DNA from: Candidatus Latescibacterota bacterium
Lineage (GTDB): Bacteria; Latescibacterota; UBA2968
Reading direction: 5' to 3'
Length of the DNA stretch: 64,000 nucleotides
Assembly: GCA_965116885.1 (NCBI GenBank)
Contig: OZ220741.1
Location: 512,001 to 576,000, forward strand
The notes under the pieces were generated by a model. The model was not told the origin of the DNA. It was given only the letters and a program-made list of their open reading frames with translations, and ran no database searches. A program made the position numbers and the translations under genes. Shown here piece after piece: positions 1 through 10,218 of this stretch; the first letter of the stretch is position 1; every line of letters starts with the position of its first letter.

Positions 1-2191
1 GGTCTCAGGACATTTTGTGGAAGGAAATCTCTCTGGGCCCATCGGTGGAAAAGCCTCCTTCTTCGCCAGTTCGCGCTACAACCTCCAGCCAGCCACAATT
101 CCAGGCCCGGAGGACACCTCGCCGCCAAACACCCATAATATTGGCAAACTGACCTTCGATATTTCGCCCAACATCAGGGGTACCGCTGGCGGCTTCTATG
201 CCAGAGCCAGAGGATTCAACAACGGGGGCGAGGGCACTGTGCGGAACATGTCGAACAGTGGGCGAAATATCTTCCTGCCTTCGGGTGTGTCCGGAGCGGG
301 AGAGTGGATCGAACAGGACAACCTGTTATACGCCACCCTGACCCATTCCCTGACGCCCAAGATGTTTTACGAAGTCCGCATTTTCCGCTCTGAAAGCAAG
401 CGCGACTCCTCGGGGGTACCATCGCTGGAGGACGTTCGTAATACAGGTCCAGAATTCCGCGACAAAGACAACTGGTTTTACATCCGTCCGCGGCCAACTG
501 TCAGCGTCCGGATCGGCAACCAAAAGCGCGTTGGCATCAAATTCGATCTCTCTAATCAGGTGACCCGAGGCCACTTCATCAAAACTGGCTTCGAAGCAAC
601 CTTCTACGACACCTGGGGCACGCGCGTCATTAAAACCACGGAGAACTCGCGACGGATCCTCTTTGTGGGAAAAGCCCATCAGATGGGCGAAGGCGTTACG
701 CCGCGTCAATACTCCGTGTACGCCCAGGATAAAATGGAATTCCTGGGACTGATCATCAACGTCGGCATTCGCGGAGACCTGTTCGACACGAACACCCCGA
801 TTGGAGCATGGCATGGATGGCCGGCCATCTATACGACCTACACGCGAAACCGTCAAGCACCTACGGTAGATGGACCTGTCATCAAAAATTTCTCTCCCCG
901 CATTGGAATCTCGCACCCCATTACCGAACGCGCAAAGCTCCACTACTTCTTCGGAAAGTTCTACCAGATCAACAACTTCCATCAGATGTTCGGCGAAGAG
1001 TGGCGTGGCAACGAGGCAGATGTAGATGTCAACCAGAACGGACGCATCGATCCTGAGACTGAATTGTACAATCGCCTGAGGACATCGGATGAGTACGGAG
1101 ATCCCCGAGTTCAGGCATGGGAACAGACCGTACAATTTGAGGTCGGCTTCGACTGGAATTTCGTGAGCGACTACACGCTGAGCCTGGCGACATTCCACAA
1201 GAGCCAGAACGATCAGGTCAACGGTTCCGGGTTCAGTCGCATGAACGACCCGGCGGGGGTAAAGCGCCCCACAGGCGCTGGCATCGCTTTCCGGTATTCG
1301 TCTCTGCGGAAGGAATTTAACGATGTCCGCGGATTCGAATTGGGACTCCGCAAGAAATTCAGCCACAACTTCTCTTTTTCAGCTGCCTACAACCTGCAGT
1401 GGGAATCAGAGGGCGAAGGCGGCGTCACATTTGATTTCTACTTGCCAACCGGCGAGTTCGTCATGAGCGACCACTATGCGCCCAACGGCGCAGATAGATA
1501 TTGGGAGCCTCAACCGGACGGTAGCGAGCGCCTGATTCCAATCAGCGAAGCAGATCCGGCGCGCGCACGGGAATTGGCCGATATTGCCGATGCGGCCATC
1601 GCCGCTTACGACCCGACGACCCTTCAGTTCAACGGAATCAAAGGGGAACTAATGGATTTCGAGGATTACCCGGGGATGAAGCGCTTCCTGGTCTGGCGGC
1701 AGTCGGCGTACGGACCGCGAAGGAACAGCATCGGAGATGACAGGCGAAGCCAGGGATCATTGGCATTTCTCTTTGCATCGCCCTCCGAGTATGGTCCCAG
1801 GATCCGGGGTTTCGCACCGCTGGAAAACCTGAACGTCAATCTGGTCTATCGACTGGTGACAGGCGGACCGTTCCAGTTCCGGCCCCTGGTGGGACCTCGG
1901 GAAATAAAACCCAAACCCATGCTGACGACTGTGGATTTAGGTGTCGTGAGGCGATTCGACTTCGGTGATAAGCAACTCGAGTTTTTCATCGAGGTATCCA
2001 ACCTGTTCAACCAGCAAGACTACAACCTGTCGGCCGTTTCCAGTTCGGCTGGTAACGATTATTATCAGTACGGCTTAGACCTTCCCCGCCCGACCAGTCC
2101 GACCTACAACGCATTTGGAGACACCCTGGATCGGACTCGCTATGCGGGGGCACCGAGAGAGACATTCACTGGACTTCGCCTCTCTTTTTAA
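1..2191 (+). CDS. TonB-dependent receptor, C-terminal barrel (5'-truncated by window edge)
   Basis: Alternating beta-strand pattern; motifs YAQDKMEF..IINVGIRGD, FSPRIGISHPIT, EVSNLFNQ; ends in aromatic Phe (GLRLSF). Confidence 0.85.
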   Translation, partial: VSGHFVEGNLSGPIGGKASFFASSRYNLQPATIPGPEDTSPPNTHNIGKLTFDISPNIRGTAGGFYARARGFNNGGEGTVRNMSNSGRNIFLPSGVSGAGEWIEQDNLLYATLTHSLTPKMFYEVRIFRSESKRDSSGVPSLEDVRNTGPEFRDKDNWFYIRPRPTVSVRIGNQKRVGIKFDLSNQVTRGHFIKTGFEATFYDTWGTRVIKTTENSRRILFVGKAHQMGEGVTPRQYSVYAQDKMEFLGLIINVGIRGDLFDTNTPIGAWHGWPAIYTTYTRNRQAPTVDGPVIKNFSPRIGISHPITERAKLHYFFGKFYQINNFHQMFGEEWRGNEADVDVNQNGRIDPETELYNRLRTSDEYGDPRVQAWEQTVQFEVGFDWNFVSDYTLSLATFHKSQNDQVNGSGFSRMNDPAGVKRPTGAGIAFRYSSLRKEFNDVRGFELGLRKKFSHNFSFSAAYNLQWESEGEGGVTFDFYLPTGEFVMSDHYAPNGADRYWEPQPDGSERLIPISEADPARARELADIADAAIAAYDPTTLQFNGIKGELMDFEDYPGMKRFLVWRQSAYGPRRNSIGDDRRSQGSLAFLFASPSEYGPRIRGFAPLENLNVNLVYRLVTGGPFQFRPLVGPREIKPKPMLTTVDLGVVRRFDFGDKQLEFFIEVSNLFNQQDYNLSAVSSSAGNDYYQYGLDLPRPTSPTYNAFGDTLDRTRYAGAPRETFTGLRLSF

Positions 2192-2230
2192 ACCAACTAT
2201 GTCACCCCTTGAACTAAAGGAGAATATTCC

Positions 2231-4507
2231 ATGCATTGGAAAACTTCCTTATGGCTTCTTGGCGCGGGTGCTATCGCGCTCGTGCTTTCGGGTTGGCTCC
2301 CCCCTGCAGTGGAAGCGGGAAATCCCCCCGGAAAACAGCGCCACCTGACGCGATCAAAAACCTGGATCAGTTTTCGAAATACGGGAACGATGGGGAGGCG
2401 GAATGATATTGGACGAGGGGGCGGATCCGAAGGACTCACGGATCCCGATTTGTCCTACCCCGGGACAAAGGTACACAGTGCGACCTCGGGCGGCGATCCC
2501 AACGACTGGATCTGGGGATCGTGGTACCCCGATCTGAGCAGTTCGGGTATCGATGGCTACAACTGCGCCCTGGGGCAAGGCGTCTGGATTCTCACGCGCG
2601 AGACAGGCTCCTATAACGTCTCGTCATCGAATCCGAGATATGAGACAGTGGATATCGCGCCGATGGTTTACAACGCAGCCGGGGGGCCAGAAGCCTCTCT
2701 GGGTGTGGACGATGGTCGAAGCAACTACTACCCGGGGGCTGCACCCCCAATTGAGGAACCCGTCGAAATCCACAACTATGCCAGCGGCAAGTATATGGAT
2801 GCCAACAAGGACCATTTCCCCGAAGAGATGATCGTGTCAAAGTGGACGACGGAGCGAGGCATTACTGTCACCCGCAAGGCGTATGCCTGGAGCTATCCCG
2901 ACTACGACGACTTTGTGATCGTGGAACACATCTTTGAGAACACGGGAGATGCCAACGGAGATGGCATTGCCGACAGCGGACTGCCAGTGCAGCTAAACGA
3001 CACCTACTTCGTCTTCGTGAACAGCTTCGCCGTGGCCCAGGCCGGGCATGTCTCGCGGTTCGGCAGCAGCAATTACGGAAACTACCGCAACGAAGTCCTG
3101 GACGACTGGTTTGTCTATACCGGGGCACCGAACTATTCGGGTCCGCACAGTGCGGCGAAGATGGCGTATCAATGGGATGGTGATTCACCCTTCACAACCA
3201 ACGACGACACCGGAGAGCCGTTCAGTTCCGAACTCGCTACCCGACTTCCCGCTTATTCCGAAACAGAAGGCGAACTGATGGCTTTTCAGTACGTGGGGGT
3301 AGCGCCTCTGGATTACACACCGCCTTTTGCCAATGATCCCGGAGAGATCTACGTAGCACCAAAGCAAATGGAGCAGCCTTTTGCCGGCCATTGGTGGGAA
3401 GCCCTCGACACGCAGAACTCCGAAGAGCCTACAAATCAGGTCAATTCAGATCAGGAGATCTACGAAATCTTTACCGCCTCCAGTCGCGACAATCCCAGTG
3501 AGGTGAAGGGACTCCTCAACTCCCAGACCTATGGTCCCTACGACCTGGGACCGGGAGACAAGGCGAAAATCGTCCTCGCTTATGTTCTCGGCTCGGGAGC
3601 CGAAGCCCAGGGCATGGACATGTACGAGTGGGCAGTACAGGGCCGTCAAGATCAACTCGCCAACGGCGAACAGGCGTTATTCGATCACCTATCGAGGGCG
3701 CAATTTGCCTACGACAACGGATTTGATATTCCCGACGCGCCCCCCGACGTGGCCTTCACTGTCGAAAGCAACCCGCAGGGCAACCTCCAGCTTTCGTGGC
3801 CTGCATCCGTCGAGCAGTCCCCAAATCCGGACTACGGAACAGCGGATATTGCCGGGTATCGCGTCTATCAGTCCTCTGTGCGGGAAATCGGGCCATGGAC
3901 GCTCCTCGAAGACATCCCGGTGGGAGATCCAAATCCCAATACGCCAAACTCCTCGCTGAACAGCGGAATCTACACCTATGCCGACACGCGGTCTGCGGCG
4001 GGATTCGAGTACTGGTACGCCGTTACGACCTATGCCTCGGGCAAATCCTCTTGGACAAATGGGATATCGACCATGAGCGATCTCTCAAAGATCGAACAAG
4101 ACCGTCTGAAACTGGGGCTCGAAAGCGGAAAAGGAGGCGAGTCTCAGCGCACGCCCCTATCGAAAGTACCGTTCGTGCCTTCTACCGATGCCAAAGATCA
4201 ACTACAGGATCTGGTTCGGGTAGTGCCCAACCCATTTAGAGCCGACGATGTCCACAAGTACTCAGGTTCCGACCGCGTTCGATTCGTGAACGTACCCAGA
4301 AAAGCCAGAATCAACGTCTTCTCCCTTTCCGGCGACCTGGTAGCGCAGTTCGAACACGACGGACCAGACCGAGGCGAAGTCAATTGGCGGCTTCTGCTCA
4401 ACCGATCTGTCACCGGACCTGTCTCATCGGGGATCTACTACTTTGTGGTGGAATCGCTGGTATCTCCGGGGCAGACTCAGTCCGGTACCTTTGTAATCAT
4501 CAAATGA
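2231..4507 (+). CDS. Secreted protein with fibronectin-like region and C-terminal FlgD-Ig/T9SS-like sorting domain
   Basis: RBS AAGGAG; signal peptide; YRVYQS...YWYAVTTY Fn3-like motifs; C-terminus VRVVPNPF...FVNVP..INVFSLSGDLV..VSSGIYYFVV..FVIIK. Confidence 0.75.
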   Translation: MHWKTSLWLLGAGAIALVLSGWLPPAVEAGNPPGKQRHLTRSKTWISFRNTGTMGRRNDIGRGGGSEGLTDPDLSYPGTKVHSATSGGDPNDWIWGSWYPDLSSSGIDGYNCALGQGVWILTRETGSYNVSSSNPRYETVDIAPMVYNAAGGPEASLGVDDGRSNYYPGAAPPIEEPVEIHNYASGKYMDANKDHFPEEMIVSKWTTERGITVTRKAYAWSYPDYDDFVIVEHIFENTGDANGDGIADSGLPVQLNDTYFVFVNSFAVAQAGHVSRFGSSNYGNYRNEVLDDWFVYTGAPNYSGPHSAAKMAYQWDGDSPFTTNDDTGEPFSSELATRLPAYSETEGELMAFQYVGVAPLDYTPPFANDPGEIYVAPKQMEQPFAGHWWEALDTQNSEEPTNQVNSDQEIYEIFTASSRDNPSEVKGLLNSQTYGPYDLGPGDKAKIVLAYVLGSGAEAQGMDMYEWAVQGRQDQLANGEQALFDHLSRAQFAYDNGFDIPDAPPDVAFTVESNPQGNLQLSWPASVEQSPNPDYGTADIAGYRVYQSSVREIGPWTLLEDIPVGDPNPNTPNSSLNSGIYTYADTRSAAGFEYWYAVTTYASGKSSWTNGISTMSDLSKIEQDRLKLGLESGKGGESQRTPLSKVPFVPSTDAKDQLQDLVRVVPNPFRADDVHKYSGSDRVRFVNVPRKARINVFSLSGDLVAQFEHDGPDRGEVNWRLLLNRSVTGPVSSGIYYFVVESLVSPGQTQSGTFVIIK

Positions 4508-4539
4508 GATTGCCATGTATCCTCAAAAGGAGGCCCTCA

Positions 4540-5481
4540 GTGAACAAAGTATTCGGCATTGCACTGATCCTATCCCTGATCGCCTATCATGCGGAAGGTG
4601 CCGTAGATGACCCGCCAGAACGGGTTGGCCGGTCGGGTTTGAATTTCCTGAAAATTGGACAGGGCGCACGACCGGCAGCTATGGGCGGAGCATTTACGGC
4701 GATTTCCGATGGGATTGACGCGATCTTCTGGAATCCGGCCGGGCTGACGAAGATTGAGAAGCGAGCCTATACGTTATCATATACCAATTGGCTCGTAGAT
4801 ACAAAAATTTACTCCGGAGCATTTGCGGTCAAATACGGACGCGCAGCTCTCGGACTTGGTGTGATCGCTCTGGATCCCGGTGACGTGGAAGAAACGACCA
4901 TCTTCGCACCGAATGGCACCGGACGCACGCTGGATCTGGGAGACCTGGCCATAGGAGCCGCCTATGCCATCACGCTGACCGATCGGTTCTCCTTTGGCAC
5001 GCAATTCCGCATCATTCGCGAGTCCCTCGATCTGGAAACCATCAACACATTCGACTTCAACGTTGGCAGCTGGTTCAAAACGGGATTCAAAAGCACCCGA
5101 CTGGCGATGTCTCTCCGAAACCTCAGCAAAGACATCACGATTGACGAGCAACCATTCTTCGTACCGAGCGTATTCTCGATTGGTGGGGCGATGGAGATTT
5201 ACGGCGAGCAGGGAGACCCCTCCTATGCCACACTCTCCTCCGAGGCCCTTTTCGTAACCGATTTCGGGACGCGGGTGCATGTGGGTGCCGAACTCTGGTT
5301 GGCGAATGTGCTGGCCCTGAGAGGCGGCTATAAATTTAACTATGATGCGGAGAGTTTCAGCCTCGGTGCGGGAATCAAATGGGAGTTGGATGACCGCATG
5401 TTCACGGTGGATGTATCCTACACGAACTTTGGAGATCTGCTGAACGAGCCTATCCGCATCAGCGTCGGAGGTGCATTCTGA
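4540..5481 (+). CDS. PorV/PorQ-family (UPF0164) outer-membrane beta-barrel
   Basis: GTG at 4540 after AGGAGG; FLKIGQGARPAAMGGAFTA, IFWNPAGL, LALRGGY; C-terminal Phe. Confidence 0.8.
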   Translation: MNKVFGIALILSLIAYHAEGAVDDPPERVGRSGLNFLKIGQGARPAAMGGAFTAISDGIDAIFWNPAGLTKIEKRAYTLSYTNWLVDTKIYSGAFAVKYGRAALGLGVIALDPGDVEETTIFAPNGTGRTLDLGDLAIGAAYAITLTDRFSFGTQFRIIRESLDLETINTFDFNVGSWFKTGFKSTRLAMSLRNLSKDITIDEQPFFVPSVFSIGGAMEIYGEQGDPSYATLSSEALFVTDFGTRVHVGAELWLANVLALRGGYKFNYDAESFSLGAGIKWELDDRMFTVDVSYTNFGDLLNEPIRISVGGAF

Positions 5482-5501
5482 GCAACCTATCTCCTCCCCC
5501 G

Positions 5502-6260
5502 ATGCTCAGTGAAGAACAGGTCGAAGCATTCTTCGAAATAGGATTCATCATCGTACCGGACGTTTTCACGCCCACCGAAATCGAAGAAATGCGAGCCGGA
5601 TTTGACCGTTTGCAAAAAATGGCCTACGCGCTATCGGAAGCCGGGATGCACAAAGGCTCCGACTTTGCCATTGACCGAACGGAATCGGGGCGGGTCATCA
5701 TTCGGCGCATCTCCTGGTGCGGAGCAGCCGAACCAGTACTGCTCGCTTATGGCAAAGACCATCGCCTGCTCAGAATGGCGAACCAGTTGCTGGGCAGCAA
5801 CGAGATGAACCAGTTAATCAACCAGGCCCACTTCAAAATACCCGGCGACAACGTCGCATTTCCCTGGCACCAGGACAGCGAGAACCGGGGATATGGAAAA
5901 CCCGGCTGGAAGGACGTCAACGGACGCGGCAGCTTTGTCCAGCAAGCCATCGCCATTGACGATGTAACCGAAGAAAATGGACCATTGAAATTTATCCCCG
6001 GAAGTTGTAAATTGGGACATCTGGGTTTGCTGAGCCGCAGTGAAGAAGAATGCCGGACGCTCTTCAATCCCGACGACGCCGTCACGGGAATTATGAAAGC
6101 CGGCAGCGTGGCTCTGTTCAATCCATACACCATCCACGGCAGCGAACCGAACCGTTCGCAGAAACCGAGGCGTGTTTTTATAAACGGTTATGCCTACCCG
6201 GGCGCCAACTCGAGAACCTATCTCGGCAGGGGCGCTGGCAGGCTCTTAAAGATCACCTGA
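5502..6260 (+). CDS. Phytanoyl-CoA dioxygenase (PhyH) family Fe(II)/2OG oxygenase
   Basis: WHQD (HxD), ENGPLKFIPGS, HGSEPNRS..PRR. Confidence 0.85.
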   Translation: MLSEEQVEAFFEIGFIIVPDVFTPTEIEEMRAGFDRLQKMAYALSEAGMHKGSDFAIDRTESGRVIIRRISWCGAAEPVLLAYGKDHRLLRMANQLLGSNEMNQLINQAHFKIPGDNVAFPWHQDSENRGYGKPGWKDVNGRGSFVQQAIAIDDVTEENGPLKFIPGSCKLGHLGLLSRSEEECRTLFNPDDAVTGIMKAGSVALFNPYTIHGSEPNRSQKPRRVFINGYAYPGANSRTYLGRGAGRLLKIT

Positions 6261-6269
6261 AGGAAAATC

Positions 6270-8246
6270 GTGTCAAAGCCGGAAATCACTTCCCAGGTAG
6301 ATGCGACCACATCTGCGGAGCCAGCACGCAGGGAAGGGGTCACCCGGCGCGCCATCCTGCTCGGCCTCGCGCTGGTGGTCTTTCTCAACCTCTTCATCAA
6401 CTACCTGGATTACATTGTCCGGTCGTCCAAGACCAATCTCAACCATTTTTCCATCGCGCTTTTCTTTTTCTACGCCCTCCTGACCCTTCTCCTCAATCCG
6501 ATCCTTCGCCGTCGCTTCCTGGGATTTTCGCGTTCTGAGCTCCTTGTAGCCCTCGCCCTTGGCCTCCTCGGATCCATCCTGCCCACAGCGGGCCTGACCG
6601 GGTTTTTCCTCGGCATTATCGCCTCGCCCTACTATTTTGCCACACCGGAAAACGGTTGGGCCGAATACCTCCACCCGCATCTGCCCCCCTGGTTCGCCCC
6701 TTCACAAAAGACGGCCATGCAGTGGCTCTTCGAAGGGCTACCCGAAGGAATCGCGATTCCATGGGATGTGTGGATCGTACCCCTCCTCTGGTGGTCCTGC
6801 CTGATTGCTGCGATGACACTCGGATCGATCTGTCTTGCAGTGGTCCTGCGGCGCCAGTGGTCGGAGCACGAGCGTCTGATCTACCCAATGCTGATGCCAG
6901 CACTCGCCATCACAGAAAGCGATGACCGGCTTCCCGACATCCTGAGACATCGCATCTTTTGGATAGGTGCCGCACTCGCCTTTGTCGCGGTCTCCTGGAA
7001 CATCGGGTCGTTTTTCTCACCGCTATTCCCCGCCATCCCGCAAAGCCTGGGGAATCTCGCGCTCGGAGGTGGACTGCCCTCCATTCCACTTCGCCTGAAC
7101 TTTTTCCTGATGGGATTCACCTATTTTGCCAATGTGGAAGTCCTGGGTAGTTTCTGGGTCTTTCTTTTATTTTTTTTAGGCCAAGTATGGGTCTTTAACC
7201 GCGTGGGATTCGACATTGGACCAAATGGCGATCTGTGGTCGTCACACCACTCGGCTTATAGCTGGCAGGGAATGGGCGCTATGACGGCTTTCGTCGGATG
7301 GGGTTTGTGGACGGGACGCCACCACATAAGGAGCGTTATAGCGACGGCCTTTGCCACACGAGAAAGGCTGGATGATCGAGGGGAAATGGTCTCCTACCGA
7401 ACCGCATTCTGGGGACTTGTCCTCAGTGCCATTTTCATCGTGGGATGGCTGCACTACGCCGGAATGGAGCTATCGGTAGTCTGGCTCTTCCTATTTGCGA
7501 CACTTGTGATTCACCTGGGAGTCGCCCGCATCGTGGCAGAGTCGGGCCTCATCTCCGTAAGGGGACCAATGACGGCACAATCGTTCTGTTTCTACAGCCT
7601 GGGATCCGCATCCGTTGCCCAGAGCAGTATGACCGTTTTGGGATTCTCTTATGCCCTGCTCTCTCACGGACAAGGACTCTTTCTGCCCGCACTCGTTCAC
7701 GCTGTGAAACTCACAGATATCGTCCGGGCAAACAGGCGGCGAATGCTTCTCGCACTGCTGGGAGCACTCATTGTGGGAACACTAATTTCTCTCGTCTATA
7801 CCCTGCACCTCGGATACAGTCTGGGTGCTTACAACTTCAACCCCCTGGGTCCCTTCTCCAGCGGCCCCCGACGGCTCCTGGGAAAAGTAGTGGGCAAGAT
7901 GGGAAACCCCTTCCCGCCCAGCACCTGGAAAATCACCTTCTTCTGGCTCGGAATCGCCATCATGTCAGCCCTGCTATTTCTGCGCTACCGCTTTCCGTGG
8001 TGGCCCATCAACCCCATTGGGTTCCCGATATCTGGAACCTCGCTAATACGGATATCCGCTCTGCCCATCTTCATCGTCTGGACCATCAAGATCATCGTAC
8101 TCCGCACCGGAGGTGCTCTGCTCTATCGCCGGATTGCGCCCTTCTTCATAGGACTGACTGTAGGGCATGCAATAGCTGTGGGCGTATCGGCAATCGTAGA
8201 TATCATCTGGTTCAACGGACGCGGGCACATGATCTACACCTGGTAA
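6270..8246 (+). CDS. Polytopic membrane protein, DUF6785/DUF6784-type putative transporter
   Basis: Many TM helices; PYYFATPENGW, LRRQWSEHERLIYP, RIVAESG, FPWWPINPIG. Confidence 0.65.
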   Translation: MSKPEITSQVDATTSAEPARREGVTRRAILLGLALVVFLNLFINYLDYIVRSSKTNLNHFSIALFFFYALLTLLLNPILRRRFLGFSRSELLVALALGLLGSILPTAGLTGFFLGIIASPYYFATPENGWAEYLHPHLPPWFAPSQKTAMQWLFEGLPEGIAIPWDVWIVPLLWWSCLIAAMTLGSICLAVVLRRQWSEHERLIYPMLMPALAITESDDRLPDILRHRIFWIGAALAFVAVSWNIGSFFSPLFPAIPQSLGNLALGGGLPSIPLRLNFFLMGFTYFANVEVLGSFWVFLLFFLGQVWVFNRVGFDIGPNGDLWSSHHSAYSWQGMGAMTAFVGWGLWTGRHHIRSVIATAFATRERLDDRGEMVSYRTAFWGLVLSAIFIVGWLHYAGMELSVVWLFLFATLVIHLGVARIVAESGLISVRGPMTAQSFCFYSLGSASVAQSSMTVLGFSYALLSHGQGLFLPALVHAVKLTDIVRANRRRMLLALLGALIVGTLISLVYTLHLGYSLGAYNFNPLGPFSSGPRRLLGKVVGKMGNPFPPSTWKITFFWLGIAIMSALLFLRYRFPWWPINPIGFPISGTSLIRISALPIFIVWTIKIIVLRTGGALLYRRIAPFFIGLTVGHAIAVGVSAIVDIIWFNGRGHMIYTW

Positions 8247-8255
8247 AAAAACGAC

Positions 8256-9290
8256 CTAATGCATATCTACGGACAGCACATAACTCAGCAGAGTCACCAA
8301 AAGCCACGTCCCCACCAGCACAACCCCAAAAGGACGTTTCATCGCATTGCCCGACACAAAAATACCGCAGCGGAAAACAACGAGAATAAACACCATTGCC
8401 GGAAACAAAAATTGGAAAAACTGACCATCGGCTTGCAAGCCACCTGGTGTTGCTGCAGCCGAGACACCGGCGACAAAAAACACATTGAGAATATCTGCGC
8501 CAATAATATTGCCAACAGCCAGTTCGCCGTGCCCGCGTCTAACAGCGGTAATCGCCGTCACGAGTTCGGGGAGCGACGTGCCAAACGCGACCAGCGTAGC
8601 CGAAATAATGTGTTTTGGCACGCCAATTCTCTCTGCCAAAATACTCACACTGGGAATGAGAATTTGAGCCGAAATAACAATAACCGCAATCGCCAGGAGC
8701 AACTTGATGAGCACGAGGCCCGCGTTACTCTCCTCCGCACCGGTTGCATCTTCCTGCTCAGTATCCGACGTAGCTGCAGCCCAGCGGATCGACTGCCAAA
8801 TATAGAGCACCAAAAGTACCACAAAAGCGAACCCAACGAACTGCGGCAAAACCCCACCCTGGGTAAACAATTTCGCGGGAGAAGCCCACGGGAAACAGGC
8901 GAGCACCAGAAGAACACCAGCCCCCACCTGCACATTTGACAACCGCGACGCCAACTGGCGATTGAGAGGTAAAGGAGCGATCAGAGAAGCCAGGCCGATA
9001 ATAAGACCCGTATCGCAAATAATCGAACCGACAGCATTCCCAAGCGCAAGCCCTGGTTTCCCCTGAATCGCCGAAAACACGGACACCGCCGCTTCCGGCG
9101 TCGTCGTGCCAATACTCACAATCGTCGCACCGATAACCGCTTTACCCAGCCCCCAGCGCACCGAAAGCGTCACAGCCTCATCGACGAGCCAATCCGCGCC
9201 TTTGCCGAGCGTGTACAGCGTCACCGCAATAATCACAAGCAGGAACGGACTGGCCAATCCCATCACAAGCTCTTCAATCCACTTTTCCAT
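8256..9290 (-). CDS. Calcium/sodium antiporter (YrbG/CaCA family)
   Basis: Two alpha repeats GTTTPE..GNAVGS and GTSLPE..GNIIGA. Confidence 0.9.
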   Translation of the reverse strand: MEKWIEELVMGLASPFLLVIIAVTLYTLGKGADWLVDEAVTLSVRWGLGKAVIGATIVSIGTTTPEAAVSVFSAIQGKPGLALGNAVGSIICDTGLIIGLASLIAPLPLNRQLASRLSNVQVGAGVLLVLACFPWASPAKLFTQGGVLPQFVGFAFVVLLVLYIWQSIRWAAATSDTEQEDATGAEESNAGLVLIKLLLAIAVIVISAQILIPSVSILAERIGVPKHIISATLVAFGTSLPELVTAITAVRRGHGELAVGNIIGADILNVFFVAGVSAAATPGGLQADGQFFQFLFPAMVFILVVFRCGIFVSGNAMKRPFGVVLVGTWLLVTLLSYVLSVDMH

Positions 9291-9325
9291 CTTCTGCCTT
9301 TCCGAAGGCAACGATCAATGACACA

Positions 9326-9352
9326 CGGGACGGCACAGGGGCCGTCCCCTAC
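9326..9352 (-). repeat. GTAG-type REP-like palindrome, copy 1
   Basis: CGGGACGGCACAGGGGCCGTCCCCTAC; 9318-9354 is identical to 50944-50980. Confidence 0.8.
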
Positions 9353-9426
9353 AATACCATAGCCTAACCCTGCATGTTTTAAGCAGGACCGCGATGGAGG
9401 CTCTACAGCGCATGATTAGCTACTCG

Positions 9427-10200
9427 CTAAATCACAAAAATATCACTTGGACGATCCTGCTCAGCCACACTCAGGGGAAAAGACCGAACACCTTGACTCT
9501 GCAACATATCCGCGCAAGTTTCTCGCGCCAGCTCCGGCCGGTTATTTTTCTCACTCAAATGCGCCAAAACCGCCTGTTTCAAACCCTCTCGCGCCAGATC
9601 GCACAACGCCTCGGCCGCCCCATCATTTGACAAATGACCGTGCGTACTATTGATCCTCTGCTTCAAAACCCAGGGATAAGGCCCATCCATAAGCAATTGA
9701 TAATCGTAATTCGTCTCAATAATCACCAGATCAGCGCGGCGCATATGCTGATAAATTAGCTGCGTCACCGTACCCATATCTGTAGCAATCGTCACATTGG
9801 CCTGCCCATCCGTCACGGAAAAATTCACGGGATCAGCCGCATCGTGAGGCAATTGAAATGCCTGAAAAGACAGATCGCCAATAGAAAACGCCTCATCATT
9901 TTCAAACACCCGAATCCTCTCACGCCCCCGAAAAATCTTCTTAGAAGCATTCAACGTACCCTCCGTCATCCAAACCGGCAACCCGTACCGCCGCGCCAAC
10001 ACACCCACTCCCTTAATATGATCGGAATGCTCGTGACTCACCACAACAGCCTGCAAACCCGCTGGATCAAACCCGACACCCCGCAAACGCTCTTCGATCT
10101 TCTTACCCGTCAAACCCGCATCAATAAGCACACTTGAAGAACCATTTTGAACACAAATCGAATTGCCACCACTGCCACTTGCCAACAAACAAATCTTCAC
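9427..10200 (-). CDS. MBL-fold metallo-hydrolase (YycJ/WalJ-like)
   Basis: LASGSGGN, SHEHSDH, HDAADP, GHLSN, AHLSEKNN. Confidence 0.9.
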   Translation of the reverse strand: MKICLLASGSGGNSICVQNGSSSVLIDAGLTGKKIEERLRGVGFDPAGLQAVVVSHEHSDHIKGVGVLARRYGLPVWMTEGTLNASKKIFRGRERIRVFENDEAFSIGDLSFQAFQLPHDAADPVNFSVTDGQANVTIATDMGTVTQLIYQHMRRADLVIIETNYDYQLLMDGPYPWVLKQRINSTHGHLSNDGAAEALCDLAREGLKQAVLAHLSEKNNRPELARETCADMLQSQGVRSFPLSVAEQDRPSDIFVI

Positions 10201-10218
10201 CTGTAACTCCTCTATTCA

